From an uncultured Solirubrobacteraceae bacterium (GTDB taxonomy: Bacteria > Actinomycetota > Thermoleophilia > Solirubrobacterales > Solirubrobacteraceae): a stretch of DNA of 64,000 nucleotides. The notes under the pieces are model-generated. The model worked only from the letters and a program-made list of their open reading frames with translations, ran no database searches and was not told the DNA's origin. The DNA lies in the NCBI GenBank assembly GCA_963699115.1, contig CAVOTJ010000002.1:2713-66712 (forward strand), read 5' to 3'. Positions 20,094 through 30,534 of the stretch are shown piece by piece (position 1 is the first letter of the stretch; every line of letters begins with the position of its first letter). The translations under genes were made by a program, and so were the position numbers.

Positions 20094-20734
20094 TCAAATC
20101 GGCGCGTCCGTCCTCTCAGACTCCGCACCCGACCAGAGCCGAGTGTTGCGTCGACCAGCCCGGCGGGCTTGGCGTCGCTGACGCTCGCGCGGGTTGAGCG
20201 ACAGATCGCCAGGGCTGATGTGGTCGTCGATGTCCGCCCGATCGTCGCTCGGCTCCATCCACTCGTGCAGGCAGTAGGTCGCCGACCCGAGCCGCCGCGC
20301 GGCGGCTCGAAGCTCCTCTGCCAGCTCGAACCAGGCATCGGAGCCGGGCGTGTCGTCGATTAGCGCGCTCGCCTCTTTGAGCGCGTCACCCAGCGACTCC
20401 CGGAAGCGCTCAATCTCCTGACCGGCGAGCGTGCGAGCGTTGCGCCACGCTCGGTGCTGAGGGGACTCCGGGAGATCCACCGGGCCGGCGCCTTGCAGCC
20501 GCCTGCGACCGTTGGCGGTCGAGCGCCGAATACGTCCACTCCGTGCGCGCGCCGCTGCTCGATCGCACCATCCTGCGCGAGCGCTTGGAGCTGGGTGCGC
20601 ACAAGCCGGGAGCGTCGTGGGATGCCCAGGTGCTCGAAGATCAGCCACACGGGTACGCCCGGCCGGCCTCGGTGGCGTTCCGCACGGTCGGTGGCGGCCA
20701 GCACAGTCACGTCGGGGATCTGGGTAGTGCTCAT
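20094..20734 (-). CDS. 'LPESPQHR' family copy 2 (frameshifted near 20530)
   Basis: N-half in ORF 20360..20875, C-half in ORF 20094..20861. Confidence 0.75.
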
Positions 20735-20944
20735 CGGTTCCTCCTTGTCGTCGGAGGCTCCGGGAGGACTGCTCGGGGCGAGAAGGCACCCTCGCGCCGC
20801 TAGTAGGGTGCCTATGCGCCGGGAGTTCAGGCTCTCGGTGCCACGCCCCCGGCAGCTCCAACTGCGCGGGGGCACTTTGATGTGTGCGACGACCCTAGCA
20901 CGAGAACCGGACCATAAATACCCTGGCGCCGAATAAGGCGCGCC

Positions 20945-21226
20945 GTGAGTGTTCCCGCCATGCCACGAAGCTCAGAACCCACCGCCGAACAGGATCAGCT
21001 CATCCTCGGGCAGGCGCTGCGTGCGCTCCGCAAGAGGGCGGGGATGACGCAGGAACAGGTCGCCGAGCGGCTGGGGGTGGACCCCACCTTCGTCGGCCGC
21101 CTTGAGCGCGGCCAACGCGGCGCACACTGGCGCACCGTCCGCCGCATCCTCGCAGCCGTCGACGCAAGCGTCAGCGACTTCGCCAGCGAGATCGACGCCG
21201 CCGAGACCTCACGCCGTCGCAGCTAG
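20945..21226 (+). CDS. XRE-family HTH regulator
   Basis: LGQALRALRKRAGMTQEQVAERLGV...VGRLERG. Confidence 0.9.
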   Translation: MSVPAMPRSSEPTAEQDQLILGQALRALRKRAGMTQEQVAERLGVDPTFVGRLERGQRGAHWRTVRRILAAVDASVSDFASEIDAAETSRRRS

Positions 21227-21360
21227 AGCCAGGCCCGACTTCGACATGCGGCCCCAGCCGCTCCAACTGCCAGTACAGACGAGATGCACGGGTGTGCGCC
21301 CGGTGTGCGAGCGCTGTGTAATTCGTTGGCCGTTTTGGGCCGCTCAGGGTCATCACTTAT

Positions 21361-24014
21361 GTGATGACTGCATCGAGCATCCCTGCGGCTGGTGGTGGCG
21401 GCTACGCGCGCTACTTGGAGAGCAAGACGGTCGCGCCCGAGCGAGGCGACTACTACCTGACCCCGGACGGGGAGATGACGCAGGCCCCTGGCCGTTGGCT
21501 CGCGGACCCCGAGACGCTGGCTCGGCTGGGGGTGCGGGCCGGCGAGCCGGTCGAGGGTGCGGACTTCATCGCGTTGATGGATGGTCGCCACCCAGGCACG
21601 GGCAGGTGGCTGCGTCCGGAGGGCGCAGGCGGCGGTAGGGGCGGCGGGATCGATGTGACGTTCAGCGCCCCGAAGTCCGTCTCGACGGTTTGGGCGCTCG
21701 GTGATCCGTGGCAGCGCGAGCAGATCGAGGCCGCGCACGCCAGAGCCGTCGAGAGCGCCGTGCGGTATCTGCGCGAGCAGGTCCCGGTCGTGCGCCGTCG
21801 TTATGACGGCCAGGTCGTGGAGGAGCACGCCAAGGACGTGATCGCCGCCGAGTACCGGCACACCACCGCGCGAGGGGTCAGCGGGGCGCGGGCTCCCGAC
21901 CCCCAGCTGCACAGTCACGTCGTCATAAGTGGCGCGGTAAGGGAGGACGAGCGGATCGTCGCGGTCGCTTCTCGCCCGATCTTCCGGTCAGCCCGCGAGC
22001 TGGGCGCGTTCTACCGCTCCGCGCTCGCCGAGGAGCTGGCCGGCGAGGGCTATGAGATCGAGCGGGGCACCGGCAAGGACGGCCGCTACTTCGAGATCGC
22101 CGGCGTGCCACGAACACTGATCGAGGAGTTCTCTGGCCGCTCGCGTGAGGTCGCCAGAGCGGCCGAGCGGTTTCGTGCCCGCTACGGCCGAGCACCGGAA
22201 CGCGGGGAGCTGCGCAACCTCGCGCTCGAGAACCGCCGGGCCAAGGAGCTGACCACACGCGCCGACCTGCAACGTGCGTGGAGCGAGACGGGCCGACGCC
22301 ACGACTTCGGCCCAGACCAGGCCGTGCGACTGGTCGGGGCACCCGAGCGGCCCAAGGTCGAGCGGCCGATCGAGGACCGAATCGAGGCGAGGCTGACAGA
22401 GCAGCACGCCGTGTTCCACGCACGCGACCTGCACGCCGTCGCGCTGGAGCAGACTGCAGGAGAGATGGCGCCCGATCAGGCGCTCGCCGTCGCGAGCGAG
22501 ATGATCCGCGACCGGCGAGTCCTCACCCTGGAGGGCGGGCGAATGACCACGCTCGCCGTGCGCGCTCAAGAGCAGGCGATCGAACGCCGCGCCGAGCTGC
22601 TCGCCCAGCCAGCAGGCCGAGACATCGGCGAGCGAACACGCGCCGCCGCAACACGCGAAGTCGCCGAGCACATCGGCGCACCATTGAGCACCGAGCAAAG
22701 AGCCGCCTTGGAGGCGCTCACGGGACCGCGAGCGCCTTGCCGTCCTCATCGGCCCTGCCGGGACCGGGAAGGGCGTCGTGATCGACGCCACCGCTCGCGC
22801 CGAGCAGCACGCCGGCCACCACACGATCGGCGTCGCCGTGTCCGGGTCTACAGCCGAGCGCCTTGGAGCGGACAGCCCGGCCCTCACTGGAGACACGCTC
22901 ACCCTCGACGCGCTCGTCGCCCGCGCAAACACAGGGACAGTCGAGATCGGCCGGGACACGACGATCGTCTTGGACGAGGCCGGGATGGTCGATCACGCTC
23001 GCCTCGACGCCCTGACCGAGCTCGTCGAGCGCTCAGGGGCGAAGCTGATCGCGGTCGGTGACGGCAAGCAGCTCCCGTCGATCGGCCCCGGAGGCATGTT
23101 CGACAGGCTCACCGGCCACGCACCGACCGCCGAACTCGCGGACATCCACCGCACCAGCGACGCAGTCGAGCAGAAGAGCCTGGAGAGCCCTACGCGCCGG
23201 CGAACCCGAGCGCGCGATGGCGCACTACCACTCCCTTGGACGGCTGCACCTCGCGGACACCCGCGACCAAGCCGCCGAGAACGCCGTCCAAGCATGGGGG
23301 CAGCTCACCAGCGAACACGACGACATCCGTTCAGTGGCGCTGATCGCGGACGCCTCAAACCAGGAGATCGACCGCCTCAACGCCCGCGCGCAACACCTAC
23401 GAGCCGAACGCGGCGAACTCGGCAACCAGGAGATCGCCCTCCCCAACGTCCACTACGGCCTGCGCGACGGCGACCTCATCGCGTTCATCGCCCAGCACCG
23501 GCCACGCGGACAACCCAGGGTCGAGAACGGCACGCGCGGCGAAGTCAGCCATGTCCGCGAACACGGCGTGACGATCACGCTCGACGGATCAGGGCGACGA
23601 GTTCAGCTCGCCAGCGAGCACCTCGACTCACTACGGCTGGCCTACGCCCAACACGTCTACCGCCAGCAGGGCGCGACCGTCGATCGCTCCATCGTCGTCA
23701 CCGGCGGCTGGCAGACCAGCAAAGAGACCGCCTACGTCGAGGCCACGCGCGCCCGCCACGGCACCGACTGGTACATCGCCCGCGACCAACTCGGCGACGA
23801 CGGACAAGACCCCGACCGAATCAAACGACTCGCCCAGAACATGAGCCACAGCCGTAGACAAACACCATCGCTCGACTACCGAGAGGCCACCGACCTCGGC
23901 TGGCAACCCAGCCGAGATCCACTCCGACTGCGACACATACTGCGACCTGCCCGCTGGCTCACCCGGCAGCCCACCCGCGACACGCCCGACCACAGCGTCG
24001 GACGCGGACGCTGA
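21361..24014 (+). CDS. mobF: MobF (TrwC-like) relaxase-helicase, split by two frameshifts (~22730, ~23170)
   Basis: GDYYL, IDVTFSAPKSVS, HUH motif DPQLHSHVV; GPAGTGK, LDEAGM, VGDGKQL, QQGATVD helicase motifs across three frames. Confidence 0.92.
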
Positions 24015-24600
24015 CCCTCGCCCGCCATCGCGCCCCCGCGGTCGAGAGACTGCTGCGTGCCCGGAGGGCCGAAGCGCACGAGCTGCACGACCAGCGCGTT
24101 AGCGTCGAGAACGACACCCAACTGCCGCCGCGTTGTTCGAGCTGTGCATCACCAGCCCGCGTGCTACGCGCCGCGGCGGCCCGCATCTTGATCGGCTCGC
24201 CCATCGCCCTCGCCATGCGCTTGCCGTCAACCCGCGTTGGCCTAGTGGACCTCCCACAAACGTTGCACCCGGGGCGCGGCCAGAAACCCCGCTCCAGCAC
24301 CGGGATCCCGGGCGACGTTTCCGGTCGAACGTTTATGGACGACCCACTAGCCGACACGCCTTCAGGAGTCTCCGCCCAATGGACCCGCGCCGCAACGGCG
24401 CGACAAGCATCTCCTGACGGCGAGCGCTGTCGCCTGCAATCAGCGTGCCGAAACCCCACGAGGCGCGGCGCCGTCGCTTATCTTGGTAGTGTCCCGCTGG
24501 GCGGGACTGGCCGAGCACCGAACGCACTTCCCGCCTTCGGGATTGTTCCCTATAGCGCGACCCTATTGGCATCGATATACAGGAAATCGAGGGGGAATCC

Positions 24601-25800
24601 GTGCTTTACGTTCTCGCCGCCCTCCTGATCATCTTGATGATGTTGGTTACCCTGTTGCTCGTACGGCAAGGACGGGGGAATCAGGCACAGTTGGGCCCGG
24701 GCGAAACCGACAAAATCGTTGCTGCTCTTAGTTCGAATCTCACGCGGGTCCAGGGCGAGATACAGAGAACTGGCATTGAGCAACTCGTCGCTCAGAACAA
24801 GACCGTCCTCGACGGCGAGACCGCACGTGGCGAGGAGCAACTCAAGGCTCGCCAGGGTGAGATTGACAAAGGCCTCTCGGAGGTCCGTCAGGAGCTTGGC
24901 AAACTGCGTGAGCTGGTGCGCGCCGTCGATAGTCAGCGCGGCGACAGCATCGTGAAGCTGGAGACCGTCACCCGCGAGGCAAAACAGCAGACCGAGCTCC
25001 TGCGCACAGAGACCGGACGTCTCAACGAGGTGCTGTCGGGGGGTCAGTCGCGCGGCCAGTGGGGTGAGCGTATGGCTGAGGATGTGCTCCGTCTCGCAGG
25101 ATTCATCGAGGGCGTTCAATATTGCAAGCAGCAGCAAGTACCGGGCGGTGCCTCGCGGCCGGACTTTACGTTCTTTGTTCAGGGCCAGCTTCTCAACATG
25201 GACGTCAAGACGCCGATGGTCGAGTATCAGCGTTACTTGGCCAGCTCTACCAATCAGGAAAGCGATACTGCCGCGAAAGCATTCAAGCGCGATGTGCGCG
25301 CTCGAATCAAGGAGGTCGCCACGCGCGACTACATCGATCCCGAGGGAGGAACCCTTGACTACATGCTTGTGTTTATTCCTAACGAGCAAGTTTACGGATT
25401 CATTCACGAAAATGACCCGGAGCTGATCGATGAGGCGCTGCAGAGGAAGGTCGTGCTCTGCTCACCGCTCACACTATTTGCAATTCTCGCCGTCATCCGC
25501 CAGGCGAGCGAGAACTTCAAGCTCGCCCAGCAGACGAACGAGATACTCAAGGCACTGGGAGGGTTCAATAAGCAATGGGCCATGTTCAAGACGCAGATGG
25601 GTAGAGTCGACAATGCCCTGGACAGCTCCCGCAGAGCGTACGCCGAGCTGATGGCCACTCGCACGCGCCAGCTCGACAAGCAAGTCGAGCGAGTTGACGC
25701 CCTACGCGTTACAGCCGGTCTCCACCAACTTGACGCGCTGGACTCAAGTCCAGGGGCGGCCCTAGGCGTCGTGGCAGGAGATCCCTCTGAGGATGAGTGA
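24601..25800 (+). CDS. rmuC: DNA recombination protein RmuC
   Basis: N-terminal TM plus coiled coil, RGQWGE, RPDF, MDVKTP, LVFIPNE, SPLTL. Confidence 0.9.
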   Translation: MLYVLAALLIILMMLVTLLLVRQGRGNQAQLGPGETDKIVAALSSNLTRVQGEIQRTGIEQLVAQNKTVLDGETARGEEQLKARQGEIDKGLSEVRQELGKLRELVRAVDSQRGDSIVKLETVTREAKQQTELLRTETGRLNEVLSGGQSRGQWGERMAEDVLRLAGFIEGVQYCKQQQVPGGASRPDFTFFVQGQLLNMDVKTPMVEYQRYLASSTNQESDTAAKAFKRDVRARIKEVATRDYIDPEGGTLDYMLVFIPNEQVYGFIHENDPELIDEALQRKVVLCSPLTLFAILAVIRQASENFKLAQQTNEILKALGGFNKQWAMFKTQMGRVDNALDSSRRAYAELMATRTRQLDKQVERVDALRVTAGLHQLDALDSSPGAALGVVAGDPSEDE

Positions 25801-25842
25801 CCCGGTGCAAAAGCTTGGCGCGTTTGCGACGACCACCCTGCA

Positions 25843-27030
25843 ATGACGCGCACATTCGATCCAGTAACTGAGGTACAGAAGCTTCGCGATCATTTGTCCT
25901 CTCACGACAAGCCGATCGCAATGCTGCTTGGCGCCGGCACATCCTGTGCCGTACAGGCGACTGACGGCAAACCGCTGATTCCAGCGGTCGCTGCCCTGAC
26001 CGAGTCTTGCGAACAGTCAGCACTCTCAATGGGTCCGCCATTTCCGGACGCTTGGACTCTCATCAGAGACTCCCTACCCGAAAATCGCCGGGACATCGAG
26101 GAAATCCTGTCGTCTGTGCGCCAGAAGCTCGACGCGATTCTTGACGCTGACAAGCTCGCTGGTCTTGACCGCGGCGAGCTTGAGACGCTTGAGCAAAATA
26201 TCAAGAGGACAATTGCGGAAGAAGTACGCCCGGACGCTTCAAGAATTCCAGACTCTTTGCCGCACGAAGCGCTGGGGCGCTGGTTGCGCAACGTGCAACG
26301 TGTCACGCCCGTCGAGATTTATTCGCTGAACTACGACACCCTAGTGGAGCGCGGCCTTGAGGCTGTCTGGGTGCCCGTGTTCGACGGCTTTGTGGGTACG
26401 TACGAACCCTTCTTCTCGCCAGGAAGTCTGGTACGGGCTGACATGCTGCCTGGCCGACGATGGGTGCGGCTATGGAAGCTTCATGGCTCGGTCACATGGC
26501 GTAAGACGGGGGCGGGCGAGGACCGTCGAATAGTCAGAGGGCCGGAACTGGCTACGGGCGAGATGATTCTGCCATCTCTTCGCAAGTACGAGGAGTCGAG
26601 AAAGCAACCCTACGTCGCGATGCTGGACCGGCTACGACGCCTTCTTAGCGAGCGAGACGAGATTGTGCTGATCACAGCTGGATATAGTTTCGGCGACCAA
26701 CACATTAACGAGGTCATCATTGAAGCACTCGAAGTTAATCCTGGACTGCATGTATTCGCGCTCTGCTACGAGGAGCCTGCGATAGACGGGTTTCTCGCCA
26801 CGACAGCACGCGAACAACGGCAGCTCGTGATTCTTGCGCCGGACAACGCCGTTGTAGGTGGGGAGCGGGGAGAGTGGATGGTCATCGATCCCGATGGAAG
26901 CGCGGGTCGGCTCGCTGACGTTTTCGCCCTTGATAAAGGCGAAGGCCCCGGAGGAAAGCTTCTACTCGGCGACTTCAACTCCTTTTGCAAGCTACTGGAC
27001 GGCCTGGCCCGACAAAGCCTCAATGACTGA
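25843..27030 (+). CDS. SIR2-family NADase of a SIR2-HerA defence system
   Basis: LLGAGTS, SLNYDTLVE, KLHGSV, GYSFGDQHIN. Confidence 0.92.
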   Translation: MTRTFDPVTEVQKLRDHLSSHDKPIAMLLGAGTSCAVQATDGKPLIPAVAALTESCEQSALSMGPPFPDAWTLIRDSLPENRRDIEEILSSVRQKLDAILDADKLAGLDRGELETLEQNIKRTIAEEVRPDASRIPDSLPHEALGRWLRNVQRVTPVEIYSLNYDTLVERGLEAVWVPVFDGFVGTYEPFFSPGSLVRADMLPGRRWVRLWKLHGSVTWRKTGAGEDRRIVRGPELATGEMILPSLRKYEESRKQPYVAMLDRLRRLLSERDEIVLITAGYSFGDQHINEVIIEALEVNPGLHVFALCYEEPAIDGFLATTAREQRQLVILAPDNAVVGGERGEWMVIDPDGSAGRLADVFALDKGEGPGGKLLLGDFNSFCKLLDGLARQSLND

Positions 27031-28900
27031 GCCAACACTCTACAGCGCGACGTACATCGGCCAAGTGAGCGGCGTGCGAGGGAGCCTCGTGACCATACAG
27101 CTACGGCGAACTCGCTCGACGTTGCTTATGGTCGAAGGAAGTACATATCGCGTCGGCCAGATCGGATCATTTGTAAGGATTCCTCTTGGGTACACGGACC
27201 TTTTTGGCGTTTGCACACAGGTTGGGGCGAACCCCACTGGTGAGGAGGAGAACGACGACCCATCGCTTATCATACCCGACCCAGATCCGAGACTAAGTGG
27301 CTACCGCTGGATTCAGGTCGCGCTTTTCGGAGAGTCAACCGAGGGACGCTTCGAGCGCGGAATCGGTCAGTTTCCCACGGTCGGGGACGAGGTTCACGTC
27401 GTCACGGCGCGAGATCTAGATGTCATCTATACCGATCGGGGCGATCCGAACGACGCCGTGGTAATCGGACGCATTGCCGGCTCCGATGGAGTGGCCGCGT
27501 CGCTAAGGCTGTCGGCGCTCGTAACGCGACACGCGAGCGTCGTAGGTTCTACCGGTGCTGGGAAGTCAAACCTCGTTGCGATCCTGCTTCGGGCGTTGGG
27601 CAATGGTCCGTACCGTTCGGCCCGGGCGCTGGTGATCGATCCGCACGGCGAGTATGGGAGCGCAATCCCCGAGCAAACGCGGGTGCTTTCCACCAACGCC
27701 ACGGATAAGGCGTCGCGGCTACGAATTCCATACTGGGCACTTACCTTCGACGAGCTGGCCGCCATAACTATGGGCCAGCTTCGTGAGGCGGACGCAGAGT
27801 TTCTTCGCAACCGAGTGCGCGATCTGAAGCTCGACGCCGCCGATCGGCTACCCACCACGACTCCTCATCAAGCGATCACCGCGGACTCCCCCATCCCGTT
27901 CTCCCTGCGGCGACTGTGGTGGGAGCTGGAGAACAACGAGCGTATGACGTTCACAAGCCCAAACGACCAAACGGGCGATACGCGAGAAACAATAATTGAA
28001 GAGGGAGATATCTCGCTTCTCATTCCGCCTCGCTACCCCGCCGCCTCGGGGAAGGCGACCGCGCCTCACAGATGCAAAGAGGCGCGTGGGATCTCCCGTC
28101 AGTTGGAACTGATGCGTAATAGGATGCTCGACACTAGCTTTGCGTTTATGTTTGACGACACCGATGAATGGGCGCCGGATGAGCAGGGGGTGGTGGTTGC
28201 TGATCTTGATCAGCAACTCGTGCAATGGATCGGAGGCGAACACCCGATCACGGTGATCGACGTGTCGCACGTTCCCGCGAGCGCCGTTGAGATCGTTGTT
28301 GGCTCGTTGCTTGGGATTGTCTACGACGCGCTCTACTGGGGCATGAACCTACCCGTAGGTGGAAAGCAGCAACCACTTCTAGTGGTGTTGGATGAGGCTC
28401 ATAGGTTCTTGGGCGGCGGAAGAGACACCGCTGCAACACGTGCCTGCGCGCGAATCGCGAAGGAGGGACGAAAGTACGGCGTAGGTCTCGTGACGGTCAC
28501 GCAACGGCCGTCAGACATAGACCCCGCCGTACTCAGCCAAGCCGGTACAACCATTGCACTTCGCGTCACCAACAGAGCCGATAGAGCCGCCGTCGAGGGC
28601 ACGATCACCGATGACCTCGGTGGTCTTACTGATCTATTGCCGGCTCTTCGCACCGGCGAGGCGCTGGTCCTAGGTGATGCCCTGCAGGTGCCCTCGCGGA
28701 TACGAGTTTATAAGGCACCCGATCGGCCCGTGGGCGACGACCCAAAGTTGCCGCAGACGTGGCTACGCGATCGTCCCAGTCCAGACGCATACAAAGCCGT
28801 CGTGGCCGGCTGGCGCGCCCAGTCAACAGCCGTGGAGGCTCCGCCGGAGACAGCAGACAAAGCACTAGCAAGCACGAGTCCAGAGGAGAAAGATGCCTGA
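27023..28900 (+). CDS. herA: HerA/DUF87 helicase-ATPase of SIR2-HerA
   Basis: HAS-barrel N-terminus, GSTGAGKS, IDPHGEY, LDEAH, IAKEGRKYG, TQRPS; overlaps the SIR2 stop. Confidence 0.92.
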   Translation: MTEPTLYSATYIGQVSGVRGSLVTIQLRRTRSTLLMVEGSTYRVGQIGSFVRIPLGYTDLFGVCTQVGANPTGEEENDDPSLIIPDPDPRLSGYRWIQVALFGESTEGRFERGIGQFPTVGDEVHVVTARDLDVIYTDRGDPNDAVVIGRIAGSDGVAASLRLSALVTRHASVVGSTGAGKSNLVAILLRALGNGPYRSARALVIDPHGEYGSAIPEQTRVLSTNATDKASRLRIPYWALTFDELAAITMGQLREADAEFLRNRVRDLKLDAADRLPTTTPHQAITADSPIPFSLRRLWWELENNERMTFTSPNDQTGDTRETIIEEGDISLLIPPRYPAASGKATAPHRCKEARGISRQLELMRNRMLDTSFAFMFDDTDEWAPDEQGVVVADLDQQLVQWIGGEHPITVIDVSHVPASAVEIVVGSLLGIVYDALYWGMNLPVGGKQQPLLVVLDEAHRFLGGGRDTAATRACARIAKEGRKYGVGLVTVTQRPSDIDPAVLSQAGTTIALRVTNRADRAAVEGTITDDLGGLTDLLPALRTGEALVLGDALQVPSRIRVYKAPDRPVGDDPKLPQTWLRDRPSPDAYKAVVAGWRAQSTAVEAPPETADKALASTSPEEKDA

Positions 28901-29105
28901 AATGCAATCGGTAGTCTCAAGTAACGTTGCAGCTATTGGCTACGACGAGACCGCAGAAGACGTCTATGTCGAATTCATAGAAAGCGGACTCTACATATAT
29001 GAAAGAGTGCCCTTGCCGGTGTGGCAGGATTTCGAGACGGCAGGTAGCAAGGGTACATTTGTCAACAATGTTCTTAAGCCAGGCTATGGCTATAGACGAG
29101 CTTAG
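28893..29105 (+). CDS. KTSC-domain protein
   Basis: VVSSNVAAIGYD...VEF...Y.Y..VP...A.SKG.F.N; overlaps the herA stop. Confidence 0.9.
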   Translation: MPEMQSVVSSNVAAIGYDETAEDVYVEFIESGLYIYERVPLPVWQDFETAGSKGTFVNNVLKPGYGYRRA

Positions 29106-29114
29106 TCAGTTCAG

Positions 29115-29915
29115 TCACAAGAGGCTCTGTGCTTTCGTGAGCCGCTCCGAAAGCTTTGCCGATCCGGCGCCGGGCGCGTGCGGTTGACTCGCATAACGCT
29201 CAAGGACCGCCACCTCGGCGATATGGTCTTTGCGTTTCCGATAGATGATAGCTAGCTGCTCGTAGTACCAAGGCGCCACGCCTGTCCCAAGCACACTTGA
29301 CTCTTCCTCTATCGCGTCGACCAGCTCAAGCAGGAGACGCTCAGCGGCCTTGTCCTTGTCGCTACGGCGAAGTTCCCTAACATCTTCCACATAGTCCGTG
29401 TGATGTCGACCACGTACGCGGCCGGTCGTCGGCTTGTCATCCGTCTCCGACCGAAGCCCGAGATGCACTTCGCAATCCTCAGGGTATGCCACACATAGCG
29501 TGACCCCGAAGCTTGGCCGGTCGCGCGTGCCGCCATTTAGCAGTGCGCGGCATGAAGCACCGGCGTACCCTTCGCGCTGCAATACCCGAAGAGTGGGGCC
29601 ATAGCGGCGTGCGTCGTCGCGAGGTAGGTAGCCGATACGCCCGAAGTCGCTCATCACGGCGACTGCATGTTCGTCGTGAGGATTGTCGGGCTCACGCATC
29701 AGAGCGACAGGGAAGCTGGGCCGCCCTTCGGCGCCTGGCCGGCAACTACCCTGCAGGCGCCTAAGTGTCGCTTGGTAGTGAGACTCTCCGACGACGCGCA
29801 TGAATCCGTCTTCGGGCAGACGAAAGGTGCGGGCCGAGGACGGTCGCGGCGGCCTGCGGAAGATATCAAGGAGTCCCATCATCGGGATCGTATCGGGCTG
29901 TTGTACGCCTTCCAT
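29115..29915 (-). CDS. HIRAN-domain protein with helical C-terminus
   Basis: VVGESHYQ...LMREPDNPHDEHAVAV...IGYLPR; C-terminal APWYYEQLAIIYRKRK. Confidence 0.8.
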   Translation of the reverse strand: MEGVQQPDTIPMMGLLDIFRRPPRPSSARTFRLPEDGFMRVVGESHYQATLRRLQGSCRPGAEGRPSFPVALMREPDNPHDEHAVAVMSDFGRIGYLPRDDARRYGPTLRVLQREGYAGASCRALLNGGTRDRPSFGVTLCVAYPEDCEVHLGLRSETDDKPTTGRVRGRHHTDYVEDVRELRRSDKDKAAERLLLELVDAIEEESSVLGTGVAPWYYEQLAIIYRKRKDHIAEVAVLERYASQPHAPGAGSAKLSERLTKAQSLL

Positions 29916-30329
29916 TGGTGCGCCCTATACGTCAGCGTGGCTACGGCTGGTCTCCACCTGGCAACTTATTTTCGCCTTTCGTCGCCAGCACGGCGGCCTG
30001 CACGGCGAGTGGGCGCATCAGCCGTAGATCGGACCCACACGCTTCAAGCAACGCCTCTCCGCCGTGGATGCTCGCCTCGACGCCCCCCAGGCTCCCAAGA
30101 CCAAGCAGTCGCAGGCGAATGACCACAGACACAGCCACAACGCCGGATACAGCAGCACTCCGGTCGCTGACCAACTCGTCAGTGTCATAAGCACGGGCAA
30201 GACTGCCCAAGCCAGGGCGCTGCTACCCATCCTCATCGCCGGACCTGCGCCCCGATGATTGCTACCAAAATGCTACCAAACCCGCTCCCTGGGCCCGGAT
30301 AATCCGTGTCCTAGAGCCAAATCCGACGA

Positions 30330-30402
30330 TGGGCGATACTGGGCTCGAACCAGTGACCTCCGCCTTGTCGAGGCGGCGCTCTCCCAGCTGAGCTAATCGC
30401 CC
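30330..30402 (-). tRNA. tRNA-Val (GAC)
   Basis: GGGCGATTAGCTCAGCTGGGAGAGCG-CCGCC-TCGACAA-GGCGG-AGGTCACTGGTTCGAGCCCAGTATCGCCCA cloverleaf. Confidence 0.95.
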
Positions 30403-30534
30403 TGGGATCGGCTGCCTAGGGTATCAACGAGCACTGCCCGTCCCGCAGCCCCGCAACCAGTGGTTCGGCGACCCCAGCGGGCCAGCGCCGGACGCCAGCC
30501 AGGATCGCTCCCAGCCGCGTCCGGCTCCAAGCCC

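Larger units (their letters stand above)
13919..30350. mobile_element. Element B: ~16.4-kb integrative mobilizable element / defence island in tRNA-Val(GAC)
   Basis: 24-bp att direct repeats; TGCTACCAA x2 arm-like repeats inside both ends (14024-14047, 30258-30280); integrase, Xis, XRE, MobF relaxase. Confidence 0.92.

Noticed and set aside
21280-21360. oriT upstream of mobF (GGGTGTGCG with an imperfect hairpin)
   Set aside because: Position is plausible but the similarity to known nic sites is too weak to call
18399-24014. Programmed frameshifting or true pseudogenisation of the integrase, LPESPQHR copy 2 and MobF
   Set aside because: Single-base indels are scattered through many genes (also ~37230 and ~59205) with no slippery motifs; long-read consensus error is more likely but cannot be confirmed without reads
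23959-24220. vapBC remnant (MGVVLDANALVV on the minus strand)
   Set aside because: Only a PIN-like first strand; the remainder has no PIN motifs
1641-30350. Prophage
   Set aside because: No capsid, terminase, portal or tail genes; relaxases indicate mobilizable elements
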